Assembly (NCBI GenBank): GCA_037447605.1
Contig: CM074819.1
Location: 2,068,297-2,132,296, forward strand
From: Zygnema circumcarinatum SAG 698-1b
Taxonomy: Eukaryota > Plantae > Zygnematophyceae
DNA: 64,000 bases
Direction of reading: 5' to 3'
Shown piece by piece: positions 51,236 to 63,886 of this stretch; the stretch's first letter is position 1; each line of letters opens with the position of its first letter. The translations under genes and the position numbers were made by a program. The notes below the pieces were generated by a model that did not search any database, was not told the origin of the DNA, and was given only the letters and a program-made list of their open reading frames with translations.

Positions 51236-52473
51236 ACCAACCAATGGACCAATGGATGGATGGCTCAGATTGGTTGGTTGGTTGGCCCGTTCGTTTGGTT
51301 GGTTGGCTTGTTAGTTGGTTGGTTGTCTTGGGAGTACATTTTGGGCCATTATGGGGAGGATTTAGGCATCTTTTTTTTAACTTTGGGTCTCTAAATCATA
51401 TGACCACAACAGTGCTATTTGATTGCAACAGGTTTTCATGATGGTGGGCGGCCAAATATAAAACGTTGAAGCTGGGGAGGTGGCTCTGGGCGGAGAGATT
51501 GAACCGCTCGTGTGTCATTCAAAATTATTATGTGTTTGCATGGTGGGTTTGTGTTCAATGATGACGTTTGCTAAATCCTCCTCACGTGAAACGGCAGCTG
51601 AGCTGAAGGGAGAAGAGGGAGNNNNNNNNNNAGGGGAGAGGGGAGGGAGGGGAGGGAGGTGGAGGGGAGGGAGGGGAGGGAGGTGGAGGGGAGGGAGGGG
51701 AGGGAGGGGATGGAGGGGAGGGAGGGAAGGCAGGGTTGAAAATAATGATCCTCATCCTTTTTTTTAAAGAACAAACGAAAGGAGCCGTGATACTCTCGTC
51801 AACTTGTACACACAAGGGGGGGTCAGTTTTAACACATGGCCAAATCAATTTAGTAAGCCTGTCGGGCGAATTAAGCATCAGTTAGGTACGCATTTCGGTA
51901 CAGCTGGGTACGGCGGAGCTGCAAATTCCAGCCCGGAATTCGTACACGAAACTTTTGATTTTTCGTATACTAAATTCGGGAATTTAGTACGCTCCGGGCT
52001 AAGTCTTACTCCCCCTGCTATATAGCATGCATCCACTCTACGCCGCTGACCTTTACAATGTGGAAATGGTTGAGGCTGGTTGTCAAGTCCCCACCCTTTC
52101 CAACCAGTGGCAGATGTACGGATTTCTCTGTGAGAGAGTAACCTCTCCAGATTTTGAATTGCTGTTAGGCACTGAACGCCTTTCAGGTCCTTTGCGCCCA
52201 GTTCCTCGTGGTTTCCCATGATGCTGATTTTGTTTATGGACATATTGATGGCATCATCGCCATCGTGAGTTCAATGCCACATTCTCCCTCTTTGATGATG
52301 GCATTAAGGCGTGTCGAGTTTTTAGTAGTGCTAGAAAGGAGGTCAGTAAGTACTAAAATTCATGGTGTTCCCGAACCTCGACCGAACCGAAGTCAACTGT
52401 GCGAAGTCAACGGGTCAATGTTGTGGAGATTGACCCGCGCGGTTTACTAAAAAGGGCACTTTTTCGCATGATT

Positions 52474-52675
52474 AGGGGGAGTCAGACCTTGACCATCGCC
52501 AATTTAATTTCGTAAGCCTGTCGGGCGAATTAAGCATTAGCTAGGTACGCATTTCGGTACGGCTGTGTTTGGCGGAGCCGCGGATCCCGACCCGGAATTA
52601 GAACGCGGAAGAAGTGACTTTTAGAATAAGGAATTCGGGACTTTCGTAAGGGATGGTCAAGGTCTGACTCCTCCT
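52474..52675. mobile_element. MITE, AGGGGG-TIR family, TSD ATT; empty site in the paralogue
   Basis: gcatgATT[AGGGGGAGTCAGACCTTGACCATC...GATGGTCAAGGTCTGACTCCTCCT]ATTttgttcg, versus the empty site gcatgATTttgttcg near 37984-37998. Confidence 0.9.
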
Positions 52676-53026
52676 ATTTTGTTCGCACCCAAATGAGGCG
52701 CCGACGAGGAAAAGGGCCTGTCGTCGTTGGATTTTTTCTGCGCACGTGGCGAGCCGTGATTGCTTGGCCAATGTCGAAAACTTTAAATCGACCGGACCGC
52801 GAACAGAGGACGGCTCTCGCTTCGAGTTTGTCGCGACGCGGCGCCGCTTTGGCCGCGCGCGGGCCATGACGTGACGTGACGCACCGAAGCGGTGATAAAC
52901 GGAGAGCGGACAGGACCGACCGCGCAATTTAGGTGATTTGGGAGCAATAATGAATCTCGACCGTTGGATTTGTGCCTCTACATCTCACTCACATCTCATA
53001 TCACTGCGGTCATCTCTGTAAAAACG

Positions 53027-53245
53027 CACGGTGAAACAAGCGAACGCAGTGAGCGCCGCGCTCACTGCGTTCGCTTGTTCACCGTGACCCTCGGGAACAG
53101 GCGAGCAAAGCGAGCGCAGTGAAACAAGCGCCGTTCGCTCGCGCGGCGCTCACTGCGTTCGCCTGTGACTTCGTCACCCTACGGTCGCTTGTTCCCTTCG
53201 CTCACGGTGAAACAAGCGAACGCAGTGAGCGCCGCGCGAGCGAAA
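53027..53245. repeat. Foldback cluster of a ~35-bp unit in alternating orientation
   Basis: Hairpin at 53027-53086 (about 28-bp stem, 3-nt loop, 1 bulge). The unit recurs inverted near 53137 and direct near 53206. Confidence 0.85.
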
Positions 53246-53881
53246 AACTCAGATGCCATATCGACCGTCGATTGGGATTCCGTACTACGGCGTGTCAGTC
53301 CTAGAGATCGTCAGCGGTACGTATCCGTAGTGGACTGCAACGCATGAGGATTTTTTTGTCCTTATATCGACGGTTCTGGCGGTTCCCCAAAATCTCGGAT
53401 CATCGTCGATTCCTGCACTTGACGAGCTCTCCAAGCGCCAGGTAGCGCTTTGCAACTTTTGTTTTACTAACGACAAATTGAGCATTAGCCGTCGAAATTT
53501 GAGCCTTTGGAATGTGTTTCGGGCGGCAGCCACCTCGCGACAAACGTATTGAATGCGTGCGTCTGGCTCCGAGGCCGCTTAGCGGATCCAAATCGCCGAT
53601 TTCCACATCCCAGCGGGTGTCTAATTTGTCGTGTAGTTAAAATTATCTCGTATAAGGAAGAATCTGGATTCTGCATATATTTTATGGATTCGATTCTTAG
53701 TTCGCTCCCTAGAGATTTGGACACATCCAGATTTTATTGAGATCTGAACGCGACCAAGATTTTGAGATAGGGACATGCCCTAGATTTTTTTGGAAACGAT
53801 TGTGGGCGGTGTAATCTTCGGAAATACGGGTGGTTCTCCAAAAGTAATGGCACTTCGCGCTTTCGAGATGGGCCGTACAGT

Positions 53882-54040
53882 AGGGGGTGTCAGACTTAAA
53901 AAATTTCAGTACGCGTGTTCGTAAGTTTGACATCAGAACGAGTACTCCAGTATAATCGCGATCCTGCTGCGGCGGAGTACTTTCGTAACCTTTGTTTTCG
54001 TAACGCTTTTCGTAAGATTTTGTTAAGTCTGACACCCCCT
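53882..54040. mobile_element. MITE, related AGGGGGTGTCAGAC-TIR subfamily, TSD AGT
   Basis: AGGGGGTGTCAGACTTAA...TTAAGTCTGACACCCCCT, with AGT at 53879-53881 and 54041-54043. Confidence 0.85.
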
Positions 54041-54176
54041 AGTAGTGGCAAAATCGCGATTTGGAAGATGTTGCTAAGCGGAGACTCGGCCGCATGAGCC
54101 AAAGACTAACCAGCCAGCGCGGCGACTTAGGTACTGGAGATAAATTTCTGGGAAAACAACGAGACGATTTACAAAA

Positions 54177-54248
54177 TGTCGGTGCTGGGATTCGAGCCCA
54201 GGTCTCCACGGCCACAACGTGGAATTCTAACCACTAAACTACACCGAC
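54177..54248 (-). tRNA. tRNA-His (GTG), intronless
   Basis: GTCGGTGTAGTTTAGTGGTTAGAATTCCACGTTGTGGCCGTGGAGACCTGGGCTCGAATCCCAGCACCGACA: complete acceptor stem, GTG anticodon, TTTT terminator immediately downstream. Confidence 0.95.
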
Positions 54249-54339
54249 TGCACATTACGGGATGGTCTGTATATTTTATTTTTCAAAACAAAGTACCTCA
54301 ATTACACCGTCACTTTCCCGTTGGAGTCCCCCTCAGCGC

Positions 54340-57300
54340 ATGTTCCGCGCGACCCGCTCCGCTGCGCCACGTGTCGCGGTGAGAGCGGCCCTGCTGTGCA
54401 TTGAGCAGAGCCTCCCTCCGCATCTCCCAAGGTACGTCAGCAAGCCGTCAGCCGCCATGGCGCGGCAGCATGGCGAGGGCACCATGTCATGTCATGCCAT
54501 GGCCGCCGTCAAGCGTGGAAAAACCTCAAAACCAACGCAATTCTCCAGAAATCGCTACTTTCCCTCCTTTGGTTAACCACTCAGCTCACCACGATGTTCT
54601 CAAGCCAATGAATAGGATTCATTTTCTGAAATTGGACCTTAATATTGCTCTTCTTCTCTCCCCTTCCCCTGCTACTCTGAACCCTCTCAATTATCAAACC
54701 AAACCTCTCTTAAGCTCTGGTTTCTGCACATCTTTGGGTGGGGAACCCTAAAACCCTAAAGCATTTTAATCCCTAAATCTCAAACGACTCTAAAACCCTT
54801 AAAACCGCATAACCATAAACTCCTGAACCCTTGATTTATCCCCTGAACCCTCTCAGGATGACTGGAAACAAAGGCGGAAAGCACCATACTCAAAGATGGA
54901 TTCCAAAGGTTAATTCCCGGCCGCCAGGTGGCACCCCACAGGAGCCACCACGTGGCACGCATGTGCCAGCTCAGCAACTCGGCGGAGCTTCAAGGGAACC
55001 TTTTCTATGCGCTTCTCTGAGGGGTGATGTGACAGCGTCACATGGAGCTCCAGCTACGGCTGCCGTTCCTTTGGAGGCGACGGAGCAGAGGGGGCTGCAT
55101 GGAGACGGGGGGAGGGTAGGAGGAGCGTCGTTGGTGGGTGCTGTTGAGAGAGGGGAGGAGGGGGAGGGAGAAGAGGCAGAGGAGGAATTGAAGAGAGAGG
55201 AGAGAGGAGAGACAGAGGAGAGAGGAGAGGGAGAAGATGAAAGAGACGAGGAGGAGGAGGCGGAGGAAGACGAGGAGGAGAGGCGTGTTGGAAAAGTGAG
55301 GAAAATTGCAGCAGCTTCGATATTGGCGACATTCTATCCCAAATTCGAAAATGAGCGCACAGATGCAGAGGTTAGGTTCCTACCCTCCCCCCCTCCCCCT
55401 CCCCCTCCCCATCCCGCTCCCCCTCCCCCTCCNNNNNNNNNNCCCCTCCCCCTCATTTCCTTTTGCTTTTTTGAGCAGATGCAACGGCGAATTGAAGACG
55501 CCGTGGCTTCGGGAAGAGGAGTGCTTGAAGTGAGTTTTTACTTCTTCTGAATTGCAATTTTTTCCGCTTTCTCTCTCAACTTTTTCATGATAATTTTGGT
55601 ACCGTTAAGAAATCTTGTTTCTGTTTTCTTTCAAAAGTATTGACCTTCATGTATTTACATTCCGCATTTCAGGTCTCTGTGAAGCACTCGGGCTCTCTAT
55701 TCATGTGGGCGGGAGCCCAACGCGGAGCCTTTGCAAAAAACTCATACGGCAACGAGTAAGCTTTTCATGACTCTGATAATCTAAAGATGGAACTTAAAAA
55801 ATCTTAAGGAGGAAAATAAAAGAGAGGCTTACAAAATGTTAAAAAGTTAAGAATACGGAAGGGGATTACTGATCTTTATGTGAAGGTCAAGCAGTCCTTT
55901 ACTAACAATTTTAGGGTTTGTAGGGTGCAGATATTCTGCTGTAGGAGTGTGGGTTCTCGGACAGACTTTGAAAAATGCATGGGGCGAAGAATTAGGGTTA
56001 CAGAAGCAGAAAGAGCTCAGCGACTACTTGCAGGTGAGGGCGAGAAGGGTAGCCATCAACCCTAAACAAACCCTAGAATTCTTCCTTGAACTCTGAAATC
56101 TCTACACTTCGCAAATCCTACACAGTTTCCAAACTTCGCTGACCTTTGTTTTATTATGTATTCTGAATTGGGTTATTTTTCTTACAGAATAATCGGCTCT
56201 GTATTGCTATGGAGTTGGTTACCAGCGTTCTCGGAGATCACGGGCAGAGGCCTCGTCAAGACTTTGGTGATTCCTCGCATTGACCCTTAAAACACTGCAA
56301 CCCTCAAGTTCCTAGACCCTAGACCCTAGACCCTAGACCCTAGACGCTAGACCCTAGACCCTAGACTCTAGACCTTAGACCCTAGACCCTAGACCCTAGA
56401 CCCTAGACCCTAGACCCTAGACCCTAGACCCTAGACCCTAGACCCTAGACCCTAGACCCTAGACCCTAGACCCTAGACCCTAGACCCTAGACCCTAGACC
56501 CTAGACCCTAGACCCTAGACCCTAGACCCTAGACCTAGACCCTAGACCCTAGACCACCCTAGACCCTAGACCCTAGACCCTAGACCTAGACCCTAGACCC
56601 TAGACCCTAGACCTAGACCCTAGACCCTAGACTCTAGACCCTAGACCTAGACCCTAGACCCTAGACCCTAGACTCTAGACCCTAGACCCTAGACTCTAGA
56701 CCCTAGACCCTAGACCCTAGACCCTAGACCTAGACCCTAGACCCTAGACCCTAGACTCTAGACCCTAGACCCTAGACCCTAGACCCTAGACCCTAGACCC
56801 TAGACTCTAGACCCTAGACCCTAGACTCTAGACCCTAGACCCTAGACCTAGACCCTAGACCCTAGACCCTAGACCCTAGACTCTAGACCCTAGACCCTAG
56901 ACCCTAGACCCTAGACCCTGAACTCTAGACCCTGAACCCTAGACCCTGAACCCTAGACCCTGAACCCTAGACCCTGAACCCTAGACCCTGAACCCTAGAC
57001 CCTAGGCCCTGGAGGGCACAGTGGTGGTGACGGCGGTGGCGGAGTTGAGGTCGCGGCCGCGATTCCTCGCAACGGCGGAGATTGTGCGCTTCTGCCGGCG
57101 ATGGGGGCTGCCCTCCAACCACTACTGGCTCTTCGCCTCCATGTGGGTGAGAGAGAGAGAGAGAGTGAGAGAGAACGAGAGAGGGAGAGAGAGAGAGAGG
57201 GGGAGGCGGGAGAGAGGAGCGAGAGAGAACGAGAGGGAGAGGAGAGAGAGAGTGAGAGAGAGGGGGGAGGGGGAGAGCAGAGAGAGAGAGAACGAGAGAG

Positions 57301-60300
57301 AGAGAGAGGGGTAGAGAGAGAGAGTGAGAGAGAAGAGGGGGAGGGGGGAGATTGGAGAGAAAGAGAACGAGATAGAGAGGGGGAGAGAGGGGGAGAGTGA
57401 GAGTGAGAGGAGGAGGCGGGAGAAAGGAGAGAGACAGGGGAGATGACAGAGAAAGAAACGGAGAGCGAGAGGGAGAGTGAAGGAATGAAATGTGCTCAAC
57501 GGCTAGTGGGTATAGGAAGGAAATTATTTCTGGAGAGTAAAATTCTCTCTTCCTTGAATTCCTTCCTTTGGGCAGCGATTCCGTGAAGCGGTACATGGCG
57601 GCGTACAGAGCTCTCAGCGAAGAGGGGACGGCGGCGGCCGTGGAGGCGGCCGTGACGGCTGTAGCGGATGTCACGGTCACGCGTACGGGCAAAACCCTAA
57701 GAGCCTCCAAAACCCTGAGAGCGTCCAAACCCTGAGAGCCTCCAAAACCCTGAGAGCCTCCAAAACCCTGAGAGCCTCCAAAACCCTGAGAGCGTCCAAA
57801 CCCTGAGAGCCTCCAAAACCCTGAGAGCGTCCAAAACCCTGAGAGTCTCCAAAACCCTGAGAGCCTCCAAAACCCTGAGAGCCTCCAAAAAAGCGTCCAA
57901 AACCTTGAGAGCGAGAGCCTCCAAAACCCTGAGAGCGTCCAAAACCCTGAGAGCCTCCAAAACCCTGAGAGCCTCCAAAACCCTGAGAGCCTCCAAAACC
58001 CTGAGAGCGTCCAAAACCCTGAGAGCCTCCAAAACCCTGAGAGCCTCCAAAACCCTGAGAAAACCCTGAGAGCCTCCAAAACCCTGAGAGCGTCCAAAAC
58101 CCTGAGAGCCTCCAAAACCCTGAGAGCCTCCAAAACCCTGAGAGAGAGAGCGTCCAAAACCCTGAGAGCGTCCAAAACCCTGAGAGCCTCCAAAACCCTG
58201 AGAGCCTCCAAAACCCTGAGAGCGTCCAAAACCCTGAGAGCGTCCAAAACCCTGAGAGCGTCCAAAACCCTGAGAGCATCCAAAACCCTGAGAGCGTCCA
58301 AAACCTTGAGAGCGTTCAAACCCTAGAGCCTCCAAAACCTGAGAGCCTCCAAATCCCTGAGAGCCTCCATAACCCTGAGAGCGTCCAAAACCATGAGAGC
58401 GTCCAAAACCGTGAGAGCCTCCAAAACCCTGAGAGCGTCCAAAACCCTGAGAGCGTCCAACACCATGAGAGCCTCCAAAACCCTGAGAGCGTCCAAAACC
58501 TTGAGAGCGTCCAAAACTCCTGAGAGCCTCCAAATCCCTGAGAGCCTCCAAAACCCTGAGAGCGTCCAAAACCTTGAGAGCGTCCAAAACCCTGAGAGCC
58601 TCCAAAACCCTGAGAGCGTCCAAAACCCTGAGAGTCTCCAAAACCCTGAGAGCCTCCAAAACCCCAGAGCCTCCAAAACCCCAGAGCCTCCAAAACCCTG
58701 AGAGCGTCCAAAACCTTGAGAGCGTCCAAAAAGCCTCCCCTGAGAGCCTCCAAAACCTTGAGAGCGTCCAAAACCCTGAGAGCCTCCAAAACCCTGAGAG
58801 CCTCCAAAACCCTGAGAGCCTCCAAAACCCTGAGAGCCTCCAAAACCCTGAGAGCGTCCAAAACCCTGAGAGCCTCCAAAACCCTGAGAGCCTCCAAAAC
58901 CCTGAGAGCCTCCAAAACCCTGAGAGCCTCCAAAACCCTGAGAGCCTCCAAAACCCTGAGAGCGTCCAAAACCTTGAGAGCGTCCAAAACCCTGAGAGCC
59001 TCCAAAACCCTGAGACCCTGAGAGCCTCCAAAACCCTGAGAGCGTCCAAAACCCTGAGAGCGTCCAAAACCCTGAGAGCCTCCAAAACCCTGAGAGCCTC
59101 CAAAACCCTGAGAGCGTCCAAAACCCTGAGAGCGTCCAAAACCCTGAGAAAAACCCTGAGAGCCTCCAAAAACCCTGAGAGCGTCCAAAACCCTGAGAGC
59201 GTCCAAAACCCTGAGAGCCTCCAAAACCCTGAGAGCCTCCAAAACCCTGAGAGCGTCCAAAACCCTGAGAGCGTCCAAAACCCTGAGAGTCCAAAACCCT
59301 GAGAGCGTCCAAAACCCTGAGAGCGTCCAAAACCCTGAGAGCCTCCAAAACCCTGAGAGCCTCCAAAACCCTGAGAGCCTCCAAAACCCTGAGAGCCTCC
59401 AAAACCCTGAGAGCGTCCAAAACCCTGAGAGCGTCCAAAACCCTGAGAGCCTCCAAAACCCTGAGAGCCTCCAAAACCCTGAGAGCCTCCAAAACCCTGA
59501 GAGCCTCCAAAACCCTGAGAGCCTCCAAAACCCTGAGAGCCTCCAAAACCCTGAGAGCGTCCAAAACCCTGAGAGCGTCCAAAACCCTGAGAGCCTCCAA
59601 AACCCTGAGAGCGTCCAAAACCCTGAGAGCGTCCAAAACCCTGAGAGCCTCCAAAACCCTGAGAGCGTCCAAAACCCTGAGAGCATCCAAAACCCTGAGA
59701 GCATCCAAAACCCTGAGAGCGTCCAAAACCCTGAGAGCGTCCAAAACCCTAAGGACCTCTAAAAGGAAAATGCATTCCTTAAAAGTAGCCCAGAACCCTA
59801 AAAGCCTTCAAAACCCCAAAAAAACTTCAGCCATGAAAAGAAGTTCATAGCCTTAGAAGCCTCCAAATCCTCCTAATCTTCTTCAACTTTGCAATTCTTT
59901 GAACCCTTCAAGCCTGAAACGATCTTCAAACCCATTTTCAAGCTTGGTATTCTGAAGTTTTTCACCCTAGCAGTTTTGCATTCCGTACGGAGCATCACTC
60001 GAACTATGCCTTCTGAGCTAATCTTCCAACTGACCATAAACCCTTTCTCTATTTTGTTTGAGTTTTTTCCAGCGAGTGCGGGCCACGAGCTCCTGCAGGG
60101 CCCCATCATGGAGGGGCTTGTGGCTCGTATTGTGAGCTCAGACAGTGTGCAGACTATGGAGGCACTGCTCAAGGAGAGCCCGCCTACTACCGCACGTCAG
60201 CATCTCTCTCTCTCTCCTTCTCTCTCTCTCTCTCTCTATGTCTCCCTCTCTTGATTCCCTCTCACTGCTGTCGTTCCCAGCTGCCTCCTCCCACCCTCTC

Positions 60301-60446
60301 TGCCTCCTCCTTCCCTCTCCCTCACTCACTTCATCCCTTTCGTTTTCTCTCTTCCACTCTTTACGCTCCCTGTGTGCCTCACTATTCAGAAGCGACCAAA
60401 CAACTAAATATCTGAAGTAGTTCTCTCTCTCTCTGTCCGTCTCTCT

Positions 60447-60504
<58 letters not shown>

Positions 60505-60948
60505 TCTCTCTCTCTTTCTCACTCTTTCTCTCTCTACAGGTGGAATTGGGGCCGGGATTGTCCTCCGCGAGCTCTGGAAGGAGTGGAAGGAGCCAAAGGA
60601 GGTGCCCCAATGAAGTGAAGCAAAGTCAAGCGAAGTCAAACAAAGTCAAGCGAAGTCAAACAAAGTCAAGCGAAGTCAAACAAAGTCATGCGAAGTCAAA
60701 CAAAAACGTGAGCGTGCAGATGAATGGCATACAATTTGACTGAACTGACTGTTTCCATGTTGCCCCATTCCGTTGCAGAGAGTTGAACAGTTGGTGAAGT
60801 TGGCGGGCCCTTCTATGTGTTCTCCGTCAGACTGGGGTGTTGATGACGTCAGCGGTGATTGTGAAGGAGAGGAGCCGGGCGGCAAAGCCCTCTCTCTCTT
60901 CCTCAGCTGCTCTCCCGCAGACCCGACCTCTGCTAAGCTGCAGGTAGT

Positions 60949-60995
<47 letters not shown>

Positions 60996-61003
60996 GTCTC
61001 TCG

Positions 61004-61041
<38 letters not shown>

Positions 61042-63886
61042 CCTCCCAGGGGTGTTCAGGGGTTCAGGGGTTTCTAGGATTTAGAGGCTACAGGGTTTCG
61101 AAAGTGTGTTGTTAAACACCTAAAATCGTAAATCCAAAATCCCAAACCCTCCAACCCTAAACCTTTAACTCCAAATTCTAAACCCAAAGCCGAAAACCTT
61201 GACCCAAAAACTGATGCCCTGGCCTTAAACCCTAAATTTACCCTAAATCTTGCATTTCCTGTTTTTGCATTCACGCAGGAGATGATAAGAACAATAACGA
61301 AGTTGAAGCTGCCGGTTCGATTGAAATGCAAAATGCGGCACTCCCTCACTGGAAAAAATGTGGGCTTAAATTGGAATGAAGAATATCTGGAAATGTTGCA
61401 AAATTTGGAGACGAAAAATGTGAATAAGTCAACAGGACGAGTGGTTTCGGAGTTCGTAATAACGGTTCATGCATATGCAGATTCTGCCTTTCGGAAGTAT
61501 GAAAAAGCTCGAATGTAAGGCCGGGCAGCTTTGAAATTCTTTTTGTTTTCGACTTGTACCTTGAATAAGGTGCAAAATTTTAGAGTTAAGGTTTTTTTTT
61601 TTTGTGTAAGGGGTGGGGGAGGGGTTGGGGGAGCTTTTTTTTTTATTATTTTTTGTTTAGGGCGGAAGCAGAGATTCGGCAGGAAGTAGAGGACGAAAGC
61701 GGAAAGAGAGAGGGAGGTGGGGGAGGGAGGGAGAGAGTGGGAGTGGGAGTGGGAGTGGGAGAGTGAGAGGGAGTTAGGGCGGAGGGAAAGGGAGGGAGGG
61801 AGAAATGGGGGAGGTAAGAAAAAGAGAGAGAGAGGGAATGGAGATAGAGGGGTAGAGGGGAGGAAGAGAGAGGTTGTGGAGTAAGAGAGGGAAGAGGGGA
61901 GTGGGGGGAGGGAGTGGAGAGGGAGAGGAGAGGAGAGGGAGAGGAGAGGGAGAGAGTGAGGAGAGGGAGAGGAGAGGGAGAGCGGGAGGAGAGAGAGGAG
62001 ACGGAGAGAGGGTGGGGGAGGGAGGGGAGAGGGAGAGGGAGTTTGAAAGTTTCATCAGCCCTAATAACCATACGCATTTTGAAATCTCAAACTTGCCACG
62101 CCATTATAATTCTCAAACCCTAATTTCTAACCCTAATTCTTTCAATTTTCTTATTTTATGTAACAGGGAGAGGCCAGATCTGTGGCCCCTTTACCGCGGT
62201 TTCTTTATCGAGGTCTTCATAATACAGACGAGAGCGAAGAGCACAAATGAAAATTTTTCGAATGCAAAAGCGACGGAAGAGTGGTCACATGGAACCGGTC
62301 CCCTTGAAGAGGAACATTTGATGCTGAAAATGAAGTTTTTGCCCTACAAATTGCGGACCTTTCTTATTCGAAACGGGCTCAAAACGCTTTTGAAAGATGG
62401 CAAAGAGAATTACAGAGAATATTATAAAAGGTGTAACCTTAAAGCCCTTATGGAAACCTTAAAATTTTAAGAATTTAAACCCACAGAAACCCCAGCAGCA
62501 GAATACTTTGAAACCCTAAAAATCAAACTAAGCAAAAAATTAGAAGCCGACATTGTCCTCCTTCATAATAGTCATTTCAAGCTTTTTGGTTTTCCGATGG
62601 GAATATGCTCGATGGCTTTGGTTATAACGTAACAGATTTTTCGTTTGAGCGTGCAAATTCAGCTAAACTTGTTTAGTATATTAGTCAATTTAAACTAATT
62701 TCTCAAACCTGACTGCAGGCAGCTTCAGTTGTGGGGAGTCTCTCCTTCAAAAACTCGCGAAATGTGTGAACTCTGCGAAGCATGGTTCGCTCCGACAACG
62801 CTTTGAGGCTCAGGGAAGGAGTGCTGGTTTGGGCTTTAGGGTTTAGGGTTTAGGGTTTAGGCTTTAGGTTTTAGGGTTCAGAGTTTCGGACTTAGGGAGC
62901 TTTGTGAGTTTGAAGGTTTTAGGGTGACGCAATGCTGCGTGCTGCCAAGTGGCGAGTGAGACATTGGAATTGACCAACATATGGATACTCTCTGTCTCTC
63001 CTAACACTCTCCCTCCCTCCCTCCCTCCCTCCCTCCCTCCCTCCCCTCCCTCCCCTCCCTCCCTCCCTCCATCCCTCCCTCAGGGCCTCCCACATAGGCA
63101 CCCTGGCCCACCCCCCCTCGGAGATGGCGTACCTTGACGCGGCGGAGCCCTTCTTGGAACGCTTCGCGCGGCACAGCCCCCGCCACGCACGCGCCGTCGG
63201 AGGGATTGCTCAGGGCTCGGGGTAGGGTTTAGGGTTCAGGGCTGGAGGGAATAAGGGGGGGGGGGGTNNNNNNNNNNGGGGGGGGGTAGGGTTCAGGGCT
63301 GGAGGGAATAAGGGGGGGGGGGGGGTAGGGTTCAGGGCTGGTAGTGAATGAGAGGGTACGCTATCAAAGGCTATGTTAAGAATGGTGGTTGTGTGCGCTT
63401 GGATGATTTGGACCATGAGAGTTGATGCATGTTGTTGTGGCGGTGGGGGCCTGCCGATGGCGCCCAAGTTCATGTTGAACATGAGGGTGTAGGCGCTCAT
63501 GGTCCTATTTATGCTCTTGGAAGCATCGTTTGATTGAAAGGAGATGAAGGAGACGAAGAACTTGACTTTCTCGAGAAAGTTAACGGTTCGGTTTTTGGGA
63601 ACTTTTAGGGTTTTCATGGCTGTTTTCAGGGTTATGGTTGTAAGATGTTTAGGATTGTAAGGTGTTTAGAGTTTCTATGGTAGTTTTGAGCTGCAAACTG
63701 AAGCGGGTGTTGGAGGTGTTCCATGTTTTCGCTCTTGCAGCGATCTGAACGAAGTCAACCTTCAGGATCTCGCGTTGGGTGCTGACGTGGACGCTGACGT
63801 GGATGCTGACGTGGCGGTTGCAAAGGACTCAGCGGAAGCTTCCGTGCAACAGCCAACATGGGAAGGGCTTTTGGTTTTCTTCCCAG
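54340..63886 (+). CDS. RNL: Plant-type tRNA ligase (ligase-kinase-CPDase), first 16 exons; continues beyond the window
   Basis: Exons 54340-54431, 54857-55370, 55479-55529, 55673-55755, 55931-56033, 56188-56266, 57022-57142, 57576-57682, 60073-60195, 60540-60601, 60779-60943, 61279-61514, 62167-62430, 62719-62784, 63084-63221 and 63741-63886, all phase-consistent. Motifs: ATFYPKFENE, KHSGSLFM (adenylation Lys), MELVTSVLGDHGQRP, EGLVARIVS, LWPLYRGFF, KFLPYKLRTFLIRNG, EGLLVFFPG. Confidence 0.95.
56310..57005 (+). repeat. (CCCTAGA)n 7-bp telomere-variant array in RNL intron 6
   Basis: About 95 units of ccctaga with ctctaga/cctaga variants, grading to ccctgaa near the acceptor. Confidence 0.95.
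57690..59750 (+). repeat. 18-bp minisatellite GAGAGC(C/G)TCCAAAACCCT, about 2 kb, in RNL intron 8
   Basis: More than 100 near-identical head-to-tail units with no spacers. Confidence 0.96.

Noticed and set aside
56310-57005. True telomere or chromosome end
   Set aside because: Flanked on both sides by in-phase RNL exons, so it is an intronic variant repeat.
56967-59744. Long ORFs (450-490 aa) such as RVLEAL, SQGFGG, NPESLQ
   Set aside because: They are translations of an intronic 18-bp minisatellite inside RNL and lack non-repeat domains.
57690-59750. CRISPR-like array
   Set aside because: Head-to-tail repeats with no unique spacers, in a eukaryotic intron, with no cas genes.
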